From: Trypethelium eluteriae
Taxonomy: Eukaryota
DNA length: 61,896 bases
Assembly (NCBI GenBank): GCA_051942245.1
Contig: JAVECL010000075.1
Coordinates: 1-61,896 of the forward strand
Reading direction: 5' to 3'
In this document: piece after piece, positions 23,367 through 37,500 of the stretch
Layout of the letters: each line of letters opens with the position of its first letter
Position numbering within the stretch: position 1 is the first letter of the stretch
Made by a program: the position numbers and the translations under genes
The notes under the pieces: generated by a model
Database searches by the model: none
The model's input: only the letters and a program-made list of their open reading frames with translations
What the model was told of the DNA's origin: nothing

Positions 23367-23527
23367 GTGGAGCCGTCCTAACGCCTCCAGAGCAGGACAT
23401 GGTTTAGCAAATTATCGCGGGGTATTGCCTGGGGCCCATCAGACATGCATGCTTGTGGAGATCCAAGCTTTTCTAGGCTCCTTCAGTGACCAGGAGGGAA
23501 TCTGGAGAGGCGCTTGTCCTTGTGGGG
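23367..23527. promoter_or_regulatory. cluster of seven CreA/Cre1-type SYGGRG motifs upstream of xlnR
   Basis: gtggag 23367, ctccag (reverse) 23385, gcgggg 23417, ctgggg 23429, gtggag 23455, ctggag 23502 and gtgggg 23522, lying 195-355 bp upstream of the xlnR ATG. Confidence 0.55.
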
Positions 23528-26074
23528 AAGCTGATTAGCAGCAGACCAGTTTCGCAAGGTTCCAACGCCTCTCGAGCAAGAACCATGTCATCTGAGAAGA
23601 CCCTTTTCCCATCATGCCGCCGACTCCAGTTGGTCCATCTCGTACCATCCATCTCGGCACGGAAGGAGACCCGCAGGCGAGGTGAGCAATGGCGTACAGA
23701 TGTGCTAATGAGCAAGGAGACTGCCCTGATCGATCTCTCAGCCGTAGTCCTGCGCGTCTCACAGAACCAGACCAGCTTCGAGAATGCTCCAAGCTGGGTC
23801 CCTCCTCTCTGCTTCATCAGTATTAGTCCTGCCCTCGGACCGGTTACGGACATGAAGAAGCCACCCGGGCTTCAATCTTACCCGGGTGATGGTCCTCATG
23901 TGCTAGAGGAAAGTCCATGATCCGCCCGGGGGGGAGCTCAGGAGTTGGCCGAATCACTCGACGGCGCCATCGCGACCCCAGTAAATTTCGGCAACGATAT
24001 TTGCGGCTGCAAGTGACGTCGACCACACGGGCGACCCAATACTGCAGCCTTGCAAGTTCTCGCCGAGCAATGGAACGCCCACAGGATGGAGTATGCAGTC
24101 GGATTCCCGTGTCAGCGCGAGTAAACAGCAGCAAGCACGCGCGCGAGTATCACTACGAGGTTGCAATCTGGCCGCCATTGAAGAGTGGGCGAGACTAGCA
24201 AATGGCAGAAGAGCGTAGAGGCATGGTGCCTCGGTGATTCAAGGCGCTTGGCCACTTCCGTAGGGCCGCTCTGCAGTACTTTCTGCAATGCGTGCAGTGC
24301 TCTGCTTCACCCCAGCTGCCTGTCAACGAGACCTCGAGCACGGCGACCGTTGAAAAGGGCGACTAAAATAGGGCAATCGTCCGTGTCAGCCACGAACGCC
24401 GCTGAACCACATGGCTTGCCAGGGCCACCCCAGATCTGACCATTCGAAGTGCTCGCGCCCCAAGCCATCCCACCTCCACAACCGCCCTACTGGCTGACCC
24501 CCCGACTGTCGACATGGAAAAATTCGCTGAGCAGGAGAGGCAGCGGCCTGCTCGATCTGGTGGTGTCGGAGCTGATAGGGCTTGTGCTATCGTGCTCAAC
24601 GCTTCCGTGTGATACTTTGCTCAAGATTGTTCAAGATTGCCATGTAAACTCTGATAACCCTGAAGCGGCAGGGTCTCGCCCTGAGTCGCCAAGACCTTCT
24701 AGAGAGCGCAGAGAACAAAGCTGCAGCAAGCAAACGACCCATGGCCTGCATTAGGCCGTTGACAGCCAATATCACTGGCCCAAAGACAGAGCATTCCCCA
24801 GCACCTTCACGCTCGTCCGGCTTACAGGGTCGCGAGCGTCGCTAAGATCGTTTATGCTCGGACGGTTTTCGCCCTGAAATTGCAATAATGCGAAAGCCTA
24901 ATGTGCAATTCTCATCTCGCTCCTGTTAGTGGTAGAGGGTTTGGCCTTCCCATCACCCCAGCAATCCTGGTGGTCACATCTCCACCACATCCCCACCACA
25001 TCCGCCCATTTCCTGGTGCTCCCTTCGTCCGGATTAGTCATGCGTGGCCTTACCTAAGCGTGGACAGCGCGCAACACCAGTGACGGAGACGGAGTCCTAG
25101 CTGGAAGCGGTGAGATGGGCCTGTGCCCCACCTCGAGCAGTTAGGGAACAGCCATCAGCCAGCCTATTCCTTCTGACGACTGACTAGTGCTAGAGCATCC
25201 TCAGCACGGCCGCCGTTGTTGTAGTTTGTTGTTGTTGTCGCATGTACGGCGTACGGAATACAAACAAGGTCCTGAAGCCTTCCACTTTCCGTCGCACAGC
25301 GCTGCAGCAGATAATGCTGGAGTTGGGTCGCCAGTGGCGCTCCATACCAAGGTCTCGGGTCTCAAAGCCACCCTCTATCCCAGGAAGCGCAATGACAAAT
25401 TGATCGAATATCAATTCCGTGGGCAGTCGGTATATTCAGCACCCTTGATGCAGATGTGGGCCGAGCTGCAGTTGGTACTCCCACGACTGCGTACTCCGTA
25501 CATATGTCGCGATCCGTCGCGTCTTTCAAGGGTCCAGCAATCGTTAGCCCGCCCGCTTCTCAGATTTCGCGATTATGCATTGGCCACTTCGGGTCTGCGG
25601 GCGCTCATTACTATCATTGGCGAGACTCACGCCTGCCTACGCCGGCGATTTTCGCGGTCAAGAATGTAGACGGATGCTCGTGACGGGGTGCTGATCCCCG
25701 GCCGGATGCGAGGAGCTGCGTGTGACATGTCAAGTCAGCAACAGCAAGTTAATATCAAGACCCAGAAAACAACAAGAACTTGTTCCTGAGCCACAATTTA
25801 GGATAAATTAGAGATCTCCGCTGCAACTAAGGGTGGAAGGGTACAATCCTCAAGGTACCTGTTGATCTCACCGGCCCAATCAGCCGAAGATAAGCTCCAT
25901 CCGTCCTTGTCGCACCATGACGTCGCCGTCTGCTCTCCCCACGCCCGCCACCTCTGCCACCTCTGCCACGTTGCCAAAAGCGGACGTCGACTGAGCTACT
26001 CTGAACACTAGCCCTGATGGATTATCTTTTCCCCAGACTCGTCAATTATCCGGACCAAAGGCAAGATCAACAAA

Positions 26075-27586
26075 ATGTCTGTTGAGACTATTACTACGAT
26101 TTCGCCCGTCACGAACAAGCCCGTTGTCACACGCAATGGCTTATCTGACATCGAGCTCGAAGCCCTTCCACGCACCGCGAAGGATGCTTTTCTATCGTAC
26201 CGCCGGACCCCTCTGGCAGATCGCCAAAAGATTGTCAAGAAGGCCCTCTCCTTAATCCGCATGCGACAAGATGAACTGGCAAGGGAGCTTACCGAGCAGA
26301 TGGGAAGGCCCATTGCTTTTGCCAATAAGGAGATTACGACAGCAATCGCCAGAGCAGAACATCTACTCAAGATTAGTGACGATGCCCTGAAAGACACTGA
26401 TGGCGAAGCTGAAAAAGGCTTCAAGCGGTATATTCGAAAAGTCCCCCTTGGACCTGTCCTGGTGCTATTCGCCTGGAACGTGCGTATGCGCAAATAAGGA
26501 TCTGGTATACCCAAGCACTGACGCCGGTACTAGTATCCGTACCTGATTCTCGTGAACTCCCTCATCCCAGCATTACTATGCGGCAATTCGGTCATTATCA
26601 AACCATCCCCGCAGACACCTACAATTGCAGAACATATGAGGCAGATTTTTGAGGAGGCTGGCCTGGCGCAGAATGTTATACAATATCTTCATTGTGGCTC
26701 TTTCACACAATTGGAATCCCTCGTTCGTGCTGAAGACATTCAACTGGTCTGCTTCACAGGCTCCGTGGCTAGCGGATTGGCAGTACAGAGTGCAGCGAAA
26801 GACCGGGTATCAGCACGCGTCGGGCTAGAGCTAGGAGGCAAGGACCCTGCCTATGTCCGAAAGGATGTTGACGTCAAATGGGCTGCGGAAGAGATCGTGG
26901 ACGGCGCCGTCTTCAATTCAGGTCAGAGCTGTTGCAGTCTCGAACGAGTCTATGTCGATGCTAAGGTTCACGACGAGTTCGTTGGTGCAGTTCGGGAGGT
27001 TCTGAAAGGCTATAAACTGGGCGATCCCTTCGACACAAACACACATGTTGGACCGGTGATCTCTAAAAAGGCTGCCGAAACGATCCGATCACATATCAAA
27101 GATGCTCTCGATAAAGGTGCAATCGATGCAACACCGGAGAACGAGAGTTTCAGATCGCCCCCTCCAGATGGAAACTATGTTGCACCGACACTCCTCACAA
27201 ACGTCTCACATTCAATGACTGTGATGAAAGACGAAACGTTTGGTCCCGTGATTCCCGTCATGAAAGTCCATAGTGACGAAGAAGCGATCGCCCTGATGAA
27301 TGATAGTGAATTTGGACTGACTGCGAGTATCTGGACCAAAGATGTCAAGAAAGGGAATGAATTAGCGGACGACGTAGAAGCTGGCACCGTCTTCGTCAAT
27401 CGCTGCGATTATCCTAGCCCAGTAAGCTTATCTCCCTCTCAGGTCAAGTGCCGTGCCTAATCTATCATGCAGGATCTCGCTTGGGTGGGATGGAAGAACT
27501 CGGGCAAAGGACAAACCTTGAGCAAATTCGGCTTTGATCAATTCACTAGGCTCAAAAGTTACCATATCAAGGATTATCCTCATTGA
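26075..27586 (+). CDS. NAD(P)+-dependent aldehyde dehydrogenase (~468 aa)
   Basis: Introns 26480-26533 and 27422-27472. Motifs AWNYP, KPSPQTP, FTGS, catalytic ELGGKDP and NSGQSCCS, ETFGPV and GWKNSG. Confidence 0.93.
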
Positions 27587-29357
27587 CTAGCCGGAAAACG
27601 ACCAGAGCGCAGGAAACCTGATCGTCTCGCTCTTCCTCAGCTCCAAAACACTGGTGTCTGGGAGTGGCTCAATGAAATCGACACTTCTTGGAATCACGGG
27701 GCCAGCGTCGAGAACACGGTCATTCGTGGACGTTTCGGCGGTCCTATCAAGATTCGCTGCAAGCGATCCCCCCGGCGAGGTGGCAATGTCTCTCCTTGCA
27801 ATTTTCAGATACCCTCGCTGCGAACTCCGCCGGCACTGGCTGCCGGGCGGCATTATGTTTGATGCATGTAAATAGAATGTAAACACGGATGATAGGCTTG
27901 GCAGATCGACATAAAATAATCGGCGCAGATCTATGTGTAATGATTTAGCCTAAATTACCTTGTGCTCCTTTCTCAAATCTAGTCCGTTGGTCTTGAGAAT
28001 TGGTTAAGTCTTAGAAAGTATTTACTCATCATCGCGTAAGGATTTCAGCTACCCTTGAGTTCACGCCTTCCTTACACATCCGGACGTGCATCGTCCTTCA
28101 GTAGCAAAGCTAAGTTCTAATTGAAGACTTTCTCCAAATCCACCGACGAGTGTCTATGACAATGACTCAGCATGTGCTCTGGTAGTTTAGCAACGATCTA
28201 GACCCTAATTCGTGCACTACAAACATTGTGAAAACTATTCGACATGTGGAGCAAGATATTGTACATTGCGCTTTAGCATTTACTAGGGCAAGGTCACTGC
28301 TCGCAAGACTACTGAAGGCTTTATTACTACGTTCGTCCCTCTCTTGCTTACTCAAATTCCTCTTATGGACAGCGAAACTGTTGTCATCAGTCATGTAAGG
28401 TTGCCGTGGCTTGCCACCGTAGAGAAATTTTCTTTGACGACGCAGCTTTCTAGTACTCAGATCTAAAATCAGTTTAATTTGACACAACACAAGTGCTCTG
28501 GACGAGATCTCCTCCCTTTGTTGAAATCTTACGTAGCAGAGATGGTGTAAGAATAAGTGACACCAACCGCACTTCACTGAGCGCTTGGATCTATCCTGCA
28601 CTACAGGACATGAGCGACTGATGATGTCTTTGAATCAGAGCTTGACGCGGGAGACGTGTATCAGCGCGCTGAGTACGCGTGCCAAATGATAGGAATGTCC
28701 TATGCAAGGGAATGTACCACAAAGCGGTACCATTAACGCTATGACGACTGTCTCCAAAACGACTCATTCTCACACCAGGCCTTCAGCTACTTAGCAACAC
28801 CATGTCTCGCAGAGCAACAAAAGATTATCAGAATGAATGAACGATGTTGGATGCTGTCCACAAGGCTCAGTGTCTCGATAGCTATTCTACACTTTGTAGG
28901 ACTCGTTACGCTGTGCATCAGGCTCAACGCACTAGCATCCCGGTTTGATAGCTAGCATTCTTCCTATCTTGCTTTCATCTTGGCTTTGCTTGTCTTTCTC
29001 TTGTTTCGTCCACCGAGATCAACCCGACGTAAGGAATGCGGCGCTTTATCGCGTGGCAAAGCCTTTCCAAACCAATGAACGGTATCCTGAGACCCACCAT
29101 TCATTCATGACACCTCACCGACTTGCTGGTGAATGTCTCAGCGAATTCCTGTATATATGATGACTATTTCCTCCTCAAGCACCTGAGGTACTCCAGTGAT
29201 CGACCAAGGATCATTCACAGTCATTCATTCTACATACCCTTTCTATTGAAAAAAGCTGTCCTTCTTTAGCATTTAGCAAGCGGCTTGTTTACCTTTCCTT
29301 TATTTTTCATTCCCTGCATTTGGCTCGAGCTTCAAATTTCTCTAGCAGGCCATCACT

Positions 29358-30057
29358 ATGTCACCCTCATGTCTCAAAGCCTTTGCCCGTCTACTCCGTC
29401 AGAAGATCCTTTCCTGCGAAGGCATCACTAGGAAGGAGTCGGCCCCAATGATCATCGTATGTTTCCGCTATCATAATTTGTCCAGGCATCTTGATCCGTA
29501 CTAAAATCAAACCATTCAGGGCGAACCCACAGATTTCCGCCGAGTGGACATAAATTTTTGCATCGAGGACCTTACCGACGAACAGTGCGTATCTTTGTTC
29601 CCGGTTATCTCCCGCGATCTTTGAGTCCTGCTGCAATGTCCTGCCCGCCTTTTTTGGGGGGGTAGAAGCGTCTCACCCCCTCTTCCTCGCTTCCGGTATT
29701 TATAACGTGCTGACTCTTTCCTTCTCCTCTGATAGGCGACGTTGTCTACGCGAGAAGGCTATTCTCGACGAGCTCTCCCGTCCTCGCAGCCCTGCGCTCC
29801 ATCCCCTTCAGCCAGAACCCCTAACGTCGCATCCCCTGCCGCAATGTACCCTGAGAGGGAGGAAGAGAGAGCAAGTGCGGGACCTGAGCCGGGGTCGATA
29901 TGAGGATATGGTTAGGATCTCATTGAGAGATAGTAGTACGGTGCAACTCAATGTGCCTATGCACTTCCAGAACTTGAGGATGTCGAAGGATTCATTGACG
30001 CTTAGGGGAAGCGATGACTCAGACGCGGAGTCGACCGATATGATCACTAGGATTTGA
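29358..30057 (+). CDS. small uncharacterised 3-exon protein (161 aa) with a half-CRIB-like IIGEPTDFRRV motif
   Basis: Exons 29358-29456, 29520-29584 and 29736-30057. Introns GTATGT..CTAAA..CAG and GTGCGT..GCTGAC..pyrimidine tract..TAG. The spliced length of 486 nt is stop-free up to the final TGA. Confidence 0.65.
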
Positions 30058-30691
30058 ATCTGGAAAGCTGAGGGCTTCTATAAAGACCGTCGCCTGATTG
30101 GCGGGATGGTCACGGGTGAAGAAAATACTGGTATGGCGTTTCGCTTCTTCCCTGAGAGAGGGTTCATTTATAAGGTATTTCATGTAATCGGATAGTAGTA
30201 TAATTAAAGTTTACCTCCGCAGCAAGAAAATCTGCCATCGACCCACCGACCCGGAATTGCTAGGGGCAAATGCAATGCATGTCAGGAAGATCTTTCTAGT
30301 CATGAGATTGCCGATGTTGAGATGCTGCGGGACTGCGATCCGAGCTTCTGTTACACAATCCATGCGTGGCGGCGAATAGATGCAGAGAAGACGTACATAC
30401 TGGGATTGGGCAGGACGCATACGGGACGTGCTCGATCAACCACTCGTTAATCTTGCATTCTCATCTATCCGCTCGTACGGCGCTTCTCGCATCGCGTCTC
30501 CAGAGGAGGTAAGCCGAACCAGCACCTAAAACCTGACTTCCGCCCATCCGGGGGGAATCTGCGATGGATTGGCCTCGCAAATACCACTTATCTCCCTTTC
30601 GCAGAGGGTCTTCTCAACTCTTTGTCTCCATGATATCGCAAGGAATATTGGACAGAGATACGCACACATTTTGATCACAGACTTGGGACTA

Positions 30692-32478
30692 TCAGAGTGC
30701 ACCGAGCCCGCAAAGCTCAAACAGGATCGGTGCGCCTTCCACGGCAATCCATGCTATACCTGCACACACGTTGGTCAGTTACCTTTCATTCTGGATCGAT
30801 GGAATTAACCACATACCCGAATAAATAATTAGCTTGGTGATGACCTCAACATCATATCGAACCCGCGGCTTTTCTAGGTTGGCAAAGAGCTCGCGATGAT
30901 CCGACGCGCCATCGCCACCGAGCTCACCGAGCCCCCTCTCGTCCACGATAACAGTCGTAGGAGAACTCTCTACAGGAGAGTACTGGATGTCGCCGTCACG
31001 GGTCATTCGCAGTGAGTTCAGTAAGGGTCCTTCGTCGGGGTCCTCCGCTATCCGTGGACGAGCTGTACTGGATGATCGCCCACCGGTCTGAGAGGACATA
31101 CTCTCTCGCCTTCGCTTCTCCCGATATGCTAATGTTTCGTAGGCGTCGGCCTCAGATTGCGGCCCAACAGAGACGGCCCGTCTTCGAGGGTTGCGTAGGG
31201 ATGTGATAAGCGTGGGAATGCTGGAAGCTGGAGGTATAACGTTGTCGTCTTTACGCAAAGCAGGCACAGTCTTATATTGCGACGCTCGCATGAAGAATTT
31301 TCTCGGAAGGTCCAGGCCATATTGCTCGATAACGCGGAAAACGGGTGGCAGGAAGGCAAGCAGTGTCGGCTTCATGAGGCCTCGCCACGCAAAAATCAGG
31401 AAAACACCTAGGAATATGCGAACACAAGCCCGGATCAGACCAACGTTCGCATAATTGAAAGGCACAGTTGCTGGGGTTGGTAAGCTCCAGGCAAACCCAC
31501 TACCTGCGTAGTGCCAGGAACCCATGGTCACTCCCATAAGGACGCCAGCGAAGGCGACGCTGTCATCGAAGCAGGGACAGTCGTCGGCCGGTTCAGGATG
31601 TATGCGCACAAGGATGAGTAGCACAAGGATGGCGATGGTTGGGTTCCTCAGCGTCCCCTCGAAGAGCCAAGACTCGAGCAGTTCGCCGTATGAAGTCTGC
31701 AGAAGAGTGAGCAGCGCTCCCAGAGCGCTACCCACAACGACATCGAAGAATCCATGCATGCCGCAGTAGAGACGCCCTAGCACGATGGATATTGCGTAGA
31801 AGTATGAAAAGTATTCCACCACATAACGGAACTCGGATGATGGTTGTTGTTGAAGTGTGATGAGTGCATACATGGCGACAGAGACAGCATTCGTAGAGTG
31901 TGTTGATGGGAAGCCGTACTCCAAGGCAGCAGAGCCAGACATTGTTATACGTTTCAAAGGAGGTGAGAGGGGCCTGGGAAGGCATAACATGTCTTTTATG
32001 AAGCCGCTCCAGAAGACCCCAAACGCAAGGACACTGGTCAGTCTACGCTACAGTCAGCACGAATGCTTCAGTTCAGCATTTGGAGAACTCACGCTCTCCC
32101 TAGGCTGGTATATCCGCACCAGAACAAGATCGGAAGCATGATCATGAAAAAAGTATGAGTGCCCAGATTAGCTGTGAGTGCAAAGTAGGAATCTAGGGCA
32201 GGAAATCGTAGATTTTCCTGCGCCAAGGCCAGATAATGTGTTTCCCAGCGGACTACCGGTATAAAGAACTGCCTTAATCTGTATCTCCATTTAGGTAACT
32301 TGTTTTTATCTGTTGTGCAGCAACGTTAAACCTCGTATCAGAGATGAAGGTGACAAGAGGGCTTACAGTGATCAAGAGCGCGCATGCCCGCATCGGGCCT
32401 TTCCTCTTTCTGTGCCCCATTTGCATTGCCAGCTACACTGCTCTTCTCTGGCCTGAGGCTCCGGCCATTGTTGGACAT
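30692..32478 (-). CDS. LCB3: dihydrosphingosine/sphingosine-1-phosphate phosphatase (PAP2, Lcb3/Ysr3-like, ~540 aa)
   Basis: Introns 32366-32310, 32092-32043 and 30816-30760. PAP2 motifs KDMLCLPRP, EYGFPSTH and GRLYCGMHGFFD, plus DDCPCFDDSVAF and multiple TM helices. Confidence 0.9.
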
Positions 32479-32954
32479 GAGGGAGGCTGGGAGCTTGACG
32501 CTATGGTGTAAGGCATGCGTCTTGCCAACGGTGTTTGTCTCAAGGTCGCAGCATGGGCGTCGAATAGGCAGATAGGAGCTCAATGGGCGAGACTCGGAGC
32601 TCCATGAAGAAGTCAAAGCGAGCAAACTTGAAGGAGGGGATGGAATTAGGTTGTCGATTGTCTGATGTTCGTCCAGGATCATCCTCTTCAGGGTCCGGTC
32701 AATTAGCCGTGGCCGTGCAAAGGGGCCCTTGCGTCACCCCGCCAACCGTCAGTCAACTTTCACGTCGCCAAAAATCCCACCACCAGACCTTCGTCCTTAC
32801 CCCACCGCACCTAATATCACCAACACATATCCACTGGAATTACATCCGCTACGAGACAGCTCACTTGAAATACTTTACTCTATTCTCGAGAGCCCTACTC
32901 TAGGCTCTGCTGAACCGTCAAACCTTCAATCTGTTCGACAAATCACTGGGGACG

Positions 32955-33892
32955 ATGTCGGTTCATGCAGTTTCAAGCTATGACTATCTCCGCCGCAAAG
33001 GCTCTGAAAAGTTCAAACCTGCATCACCTTCCATTCACCGTAAACCCGTCCGCCGAGATAGTCAACGCATGAGTGATGGAACAGTCAATTCCGCTATGAA
33101 CTCTGTCTCATCAATGGGCAGGGCGTCTGACTCGACAGGAATTACGGAGCCTCCTGCATACTCCAAGAAGCTTGTGGTAGTTGGAGATGGTGGATGCGGC
33201 AAGACTTGTTTATTGATTACTTACAGTCAAGGCTACTTCCCAGAGGTAAGCACAAGACCTGCAGTCCCGTTTAGCAACACTAACAAGGTGTCAACCAGAA
33301 ATACGTGCCCACTGTCTTTGAAAACTACATCACACACACGACCGAACGAAGAACTGGCAAGACTGTTGAACTTGCCTTGTGGGACACAGCTGGCCAGGAG
33401 GAATACGATCGATTACGACCACTTTCCTACCCTGAAACGGATCTACTCTTCGTTTGCTTTGCCATTGACTGTCCAAACTCACTCGAAAATGTCATGGATA
33501 AGGTAAATGCAACCGTGAAGTTTTGGCCCGATACAAGGGACTGATAGATGATCTAGTGGTATCCGGAAGTTCTCCACTTCTGCCCAACGACTCCGATGAT
33601 CCTTCTCGGTCTCAAGTCAGACCTGCGGCACAAGCGTACTTGCATCGAGCTGCTCAAAACCCAAGGGCTTACGCCCGTGACTCCGCAACAGGGTGAGGCC
33701 GTCGCTAAGAAGATGGGCGCTGCGTACATGGAGTGCAGTAGCAAAGAAATGAATGGCGTGCACGACATCTTCGACACAGCCGTAAGCATCACTGTAGGCG
33801 CGAGTGAAGGGAGTGAAAGCGGGGACGGGGGACATTTGGCGATTCCAAAATTGACCACGAAGCCTAAGAAGCGGAGTTGCAGGATCCTGTGA
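32955..33892 (+). CDS. rho4: Rho-family GTPase Rho4 (~276 aa)
   Basis: [51 protein letters not shown] and CAAX CRIL, with an N-terminal extension. Introns 33246-33298 and 33503-33556. Confidence 0.88.
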
Positions 33893-34594
33893 TGGAACGC
33901 TGAATGGACCGGACTAAGAGAGTGGGTCAGAGTCTGAAATTGGGGAAGCTGATTGTACTCCATATCTTCTGTACACTTTGCTGCCAGTCAGCACCTTCAT
34001 CAGCATCACAGGACGGCGTTGGAGGATAAGGATTCCTTGATTCGGCGTTAATGATGTCGACACGGGACGTTTGTATCTAGAGCAGCGACGAAGACCTGCG
34101 ACATAGCTCGTCATGAGAAAGCTGTAGCAATGAGAATTTCATTTCTTTACGGATTAGGAATTGGCGAACAGCTAGTGGACAAAGAATTTCAAGTATGGGG
34201 GCAATCCAAGGAACGCTGGACGAGCCTGTATGAATATCTAAATGTCGCTCGACTAAGTGCTGCTTAGCCTGAGTACCTACCTTATCCCTCAGAAATGGTC
34301 AAATATAAATTTAAGTTACGATGCAGGGGCAAAGTGTTGTGGCGTAAGCCCATGTGCGATAAGATACGCTATACCCGATGTGGTTAAGGCCAATAGACGC
34401 CTGCGCGAGCCGACGCGCTTCTGATGATGCTCAAGGGAACATTTGAGTAGAAGCACTACCTCTACCTACCCTCACGGCCTACCTCTTCACGAACATAATA
34501 ACCCGCCCTCGACCACTCCATTGGCATGCTCTGAGCCTATGCAGCTTGCCGTCGACTAGCATGCCCTTTCCTTGCAGGTTGATATAGCCTCACC

Positions 34595-37500
34595 ATGGAG
34601 GGACCTTTGGTCCAAGGGGCGAATGGCGTCCTCTCCCCCGACGATGCGCCGCACCTCGACCCTCAGTTGGTCGTAGACTACATCAAAGACGTGCTCCAGG
34701 TAACATTAGGCGCTTCGGAACAAGATCTCACCGCCGATGGAAGCATACTGTCTGCCCTGCGGCTATCCGACACCATACAGCGCTGCACACGGTTCACCCA
34801 AGAATCGCAGGTGGCGCTGTATGTTCAGAAGGAGCACCTTGAAGATAACAAAGATGTCGTACAGAATGGCGATCATGGTAGGTTTTGTGGGACTTTATTG
34901 AGAGCGTTTGCTGATATTTGAGGTCCAGCTTCACTTCCGCACTTCACCTATTCCTTCTCCTCTGAACTCTCGTACTCCCCGAACGTCGCAGCCTGCGTGG
35001 CTATCCTGAAGCGGCCACAGCCAATAGATCCAAACTATCCAATCAGCAGTCAAATCCAAATTGTCAACCTCCCAGTGCAGGCCTATCCCGGTAATGCATC
35101 CCTCAATGCCACCTCGTCCATATCCCCGTTCGAAACATTACATTCCGTCCTTCACTTGGCGCTGGCGCCCTATTTTGAAGCCTATACGAAGAATCATGAA
35201 CAATCTAATGCCAACTGGAACAAGACGGAGGACAGCACACGAACGGGTATACCCGGTACGAAGAAAAAGATTGCTGAATTGGAGTTGAGCCTGCTCCATC
35301 TCCAGCAAAATATTGAGATACCGGAGTTGCACCTCCACATGCATCCTGTAGTTGAAGGAGCTCTCAAGGTTGCCGCAGATCGCCACGTTCGGACGAGCGT
35401 CGAATTGATTGATCCGGTGATTTTGAATGACAGCGGGTTCTTGAATAGTTTGCAGGCCACAGTCAACACTTGGATCAAGTCAATACAAGCTGTTACAAAG
35501 ACCACACGAGACCCTAGCCAAGGCACTGCTGCACAAGAGATTAACTTCTGGCTATCAATGGAGTCTGCTCTTGAGGGAGTGGAGGCACTGCTTCGCAGCG
35601 ATGGTGTGCAGCTGACTATGGACATTTTGCGTCATGTAAAGAGGTTTCAGGCGACGTTGAGTTTCAGTGCAGACACAGGACTGAAAGAGACTGCAGAGAC
35701 AGTACAAAAATACAACCAACTGATGCGTGATTTTCCTCTGGATGAGCTTCTCTCTGCTACTTCACTGGATAAAGTCAAAGAAGCGTTGAACCTAATCTTC
35801 TCGCATGTGAATCGAAAGCTCCGCATATGTCCATATCCAATCAAGCGTGCTCTTCCATTGGTGGAGGCCATCTCCTCGGATCTCGACAAACGGCTACATG
35901 CCCTGCTGCACGGTCGGACTCTCATGCATCTGGATTTTCGAGAATTCTCGTCGATCATGGCTGCCGCGGAACAGATCTGGCGTACCTGGGATGAAGATGT
36001 CAAGGAGTTCACGAACGTTGCAAGAGAAGTTACTCGGAGACGAAATGACAGGTTCATCCCCATCAAAATTACACCACGTCACCAAAGCACACAAGAACGC
36101 TTGAAATACATCAATACTTTCCGGATCAATCATGAGCAGTTACAACGAACGATCATGGATGTTCTCACGCCAAAACCGTCGTCCAAGGAACCGATCGATG
36201 GTGTCTCGGCAGGAGCTATTCTGGAAGAAATTGGAGATGCTGATGCGGTGGAGGAAGTCGTCCAAGCTTACGCTGCCCTCAAAGATGTCGATGTCCTCGA
36301 TGTTAGCCCAGAAGGCACCAGGATCTGGGTCCACGCCGAGAGTCTGTATAGCGATCGCACATCGCGCGTAGAGAACTCCATCATCGCGCGTTTACGAGAT
36401 CGTCTTGCCACCGCTAAAACCGCTAATGAGATGTTCCGAGTCTTCTCCAAATTCAATGCTCTCTTTGTTCGTCCAAAGATTCGAGGCGCCATTTCAGAGT
36501 ATCAGACACAGTTGATTGATAATGTGAAACACGACATTTCATCGCTACATGACCGTTTCAAGTACCAGTACGGCAACTCAGAGGCTCATGCAATGGCGCA
36601 ACTCCGCGATCTTCCTCCAGTGTCTGGTGCTATCATTTGGGCTCGCCAAATCGAGCGGCAGCTAGACGGTTACATGCGAAAAGTCGAAGACATTCTAGGG
36701 ATTGACTGGGCACTACATACCGAAGGACAGAAATTGCAGACAGAAAGCGATCTATTCCGGAAGAAGCTCGACACACGGCCCGTCTTTGAATCTTGGCTGC
36801 AAGAAGTTGTCCGTCGGAATATTGCCATCACGGGTCGACTATTCTATATCAATCGCAATCGTGCAGCAGGGAATCAAATGGAGCTCCATGTCAACTTTGA
36901 TGGTCAGGTGATTGCCCTTTTCAAGGAGGTTCGGAATTTGTTCTGGCTCAACTATCAAGTGCCGCACGCAATTAATAATCTATCCAAGGATGCTAAGCGC
37001 GTCTATCCGTATGCTGTGAGCATGATGGAAAGTGTGAGAACCTTTGCTCAAACAAGTCGAACAATATCCGATATGTCCGATGAAGCAATCCTACTTCATG
37101 GTTACCAGAATGATGCTCAAAGCCTGGTCGCCAGGGGTATTCCCCTGCAATGGGATTCATTTGTACATGCGTATGGCCTCCACGTCAGACAAACTCCAGC
37201 AGATATCACGGCTAATGCCGGTCGGACGGAGAGCAAACATTTGCAGTTTGTGAGAGAATTTGCAAACGCTGTATCTTTACTTCAGTCAAAGACTGCGACT
37301 CTCGGCAATATTAGTCATACTGTCCAAACTGCGGTAAAGGCCTTGGAGACGTGTTCATGGTCAATAGACCAATTTCGGATCAACTTAGACATGATCCAGA
37401 AGGCGGTAGATCAGCTGCACTTGGAGAATTTCGCAAATCTACGACAATGGGTTGCTATAATGAACTCCCGCATTGAAGACATTCTCCTGGACCGCCTCAA

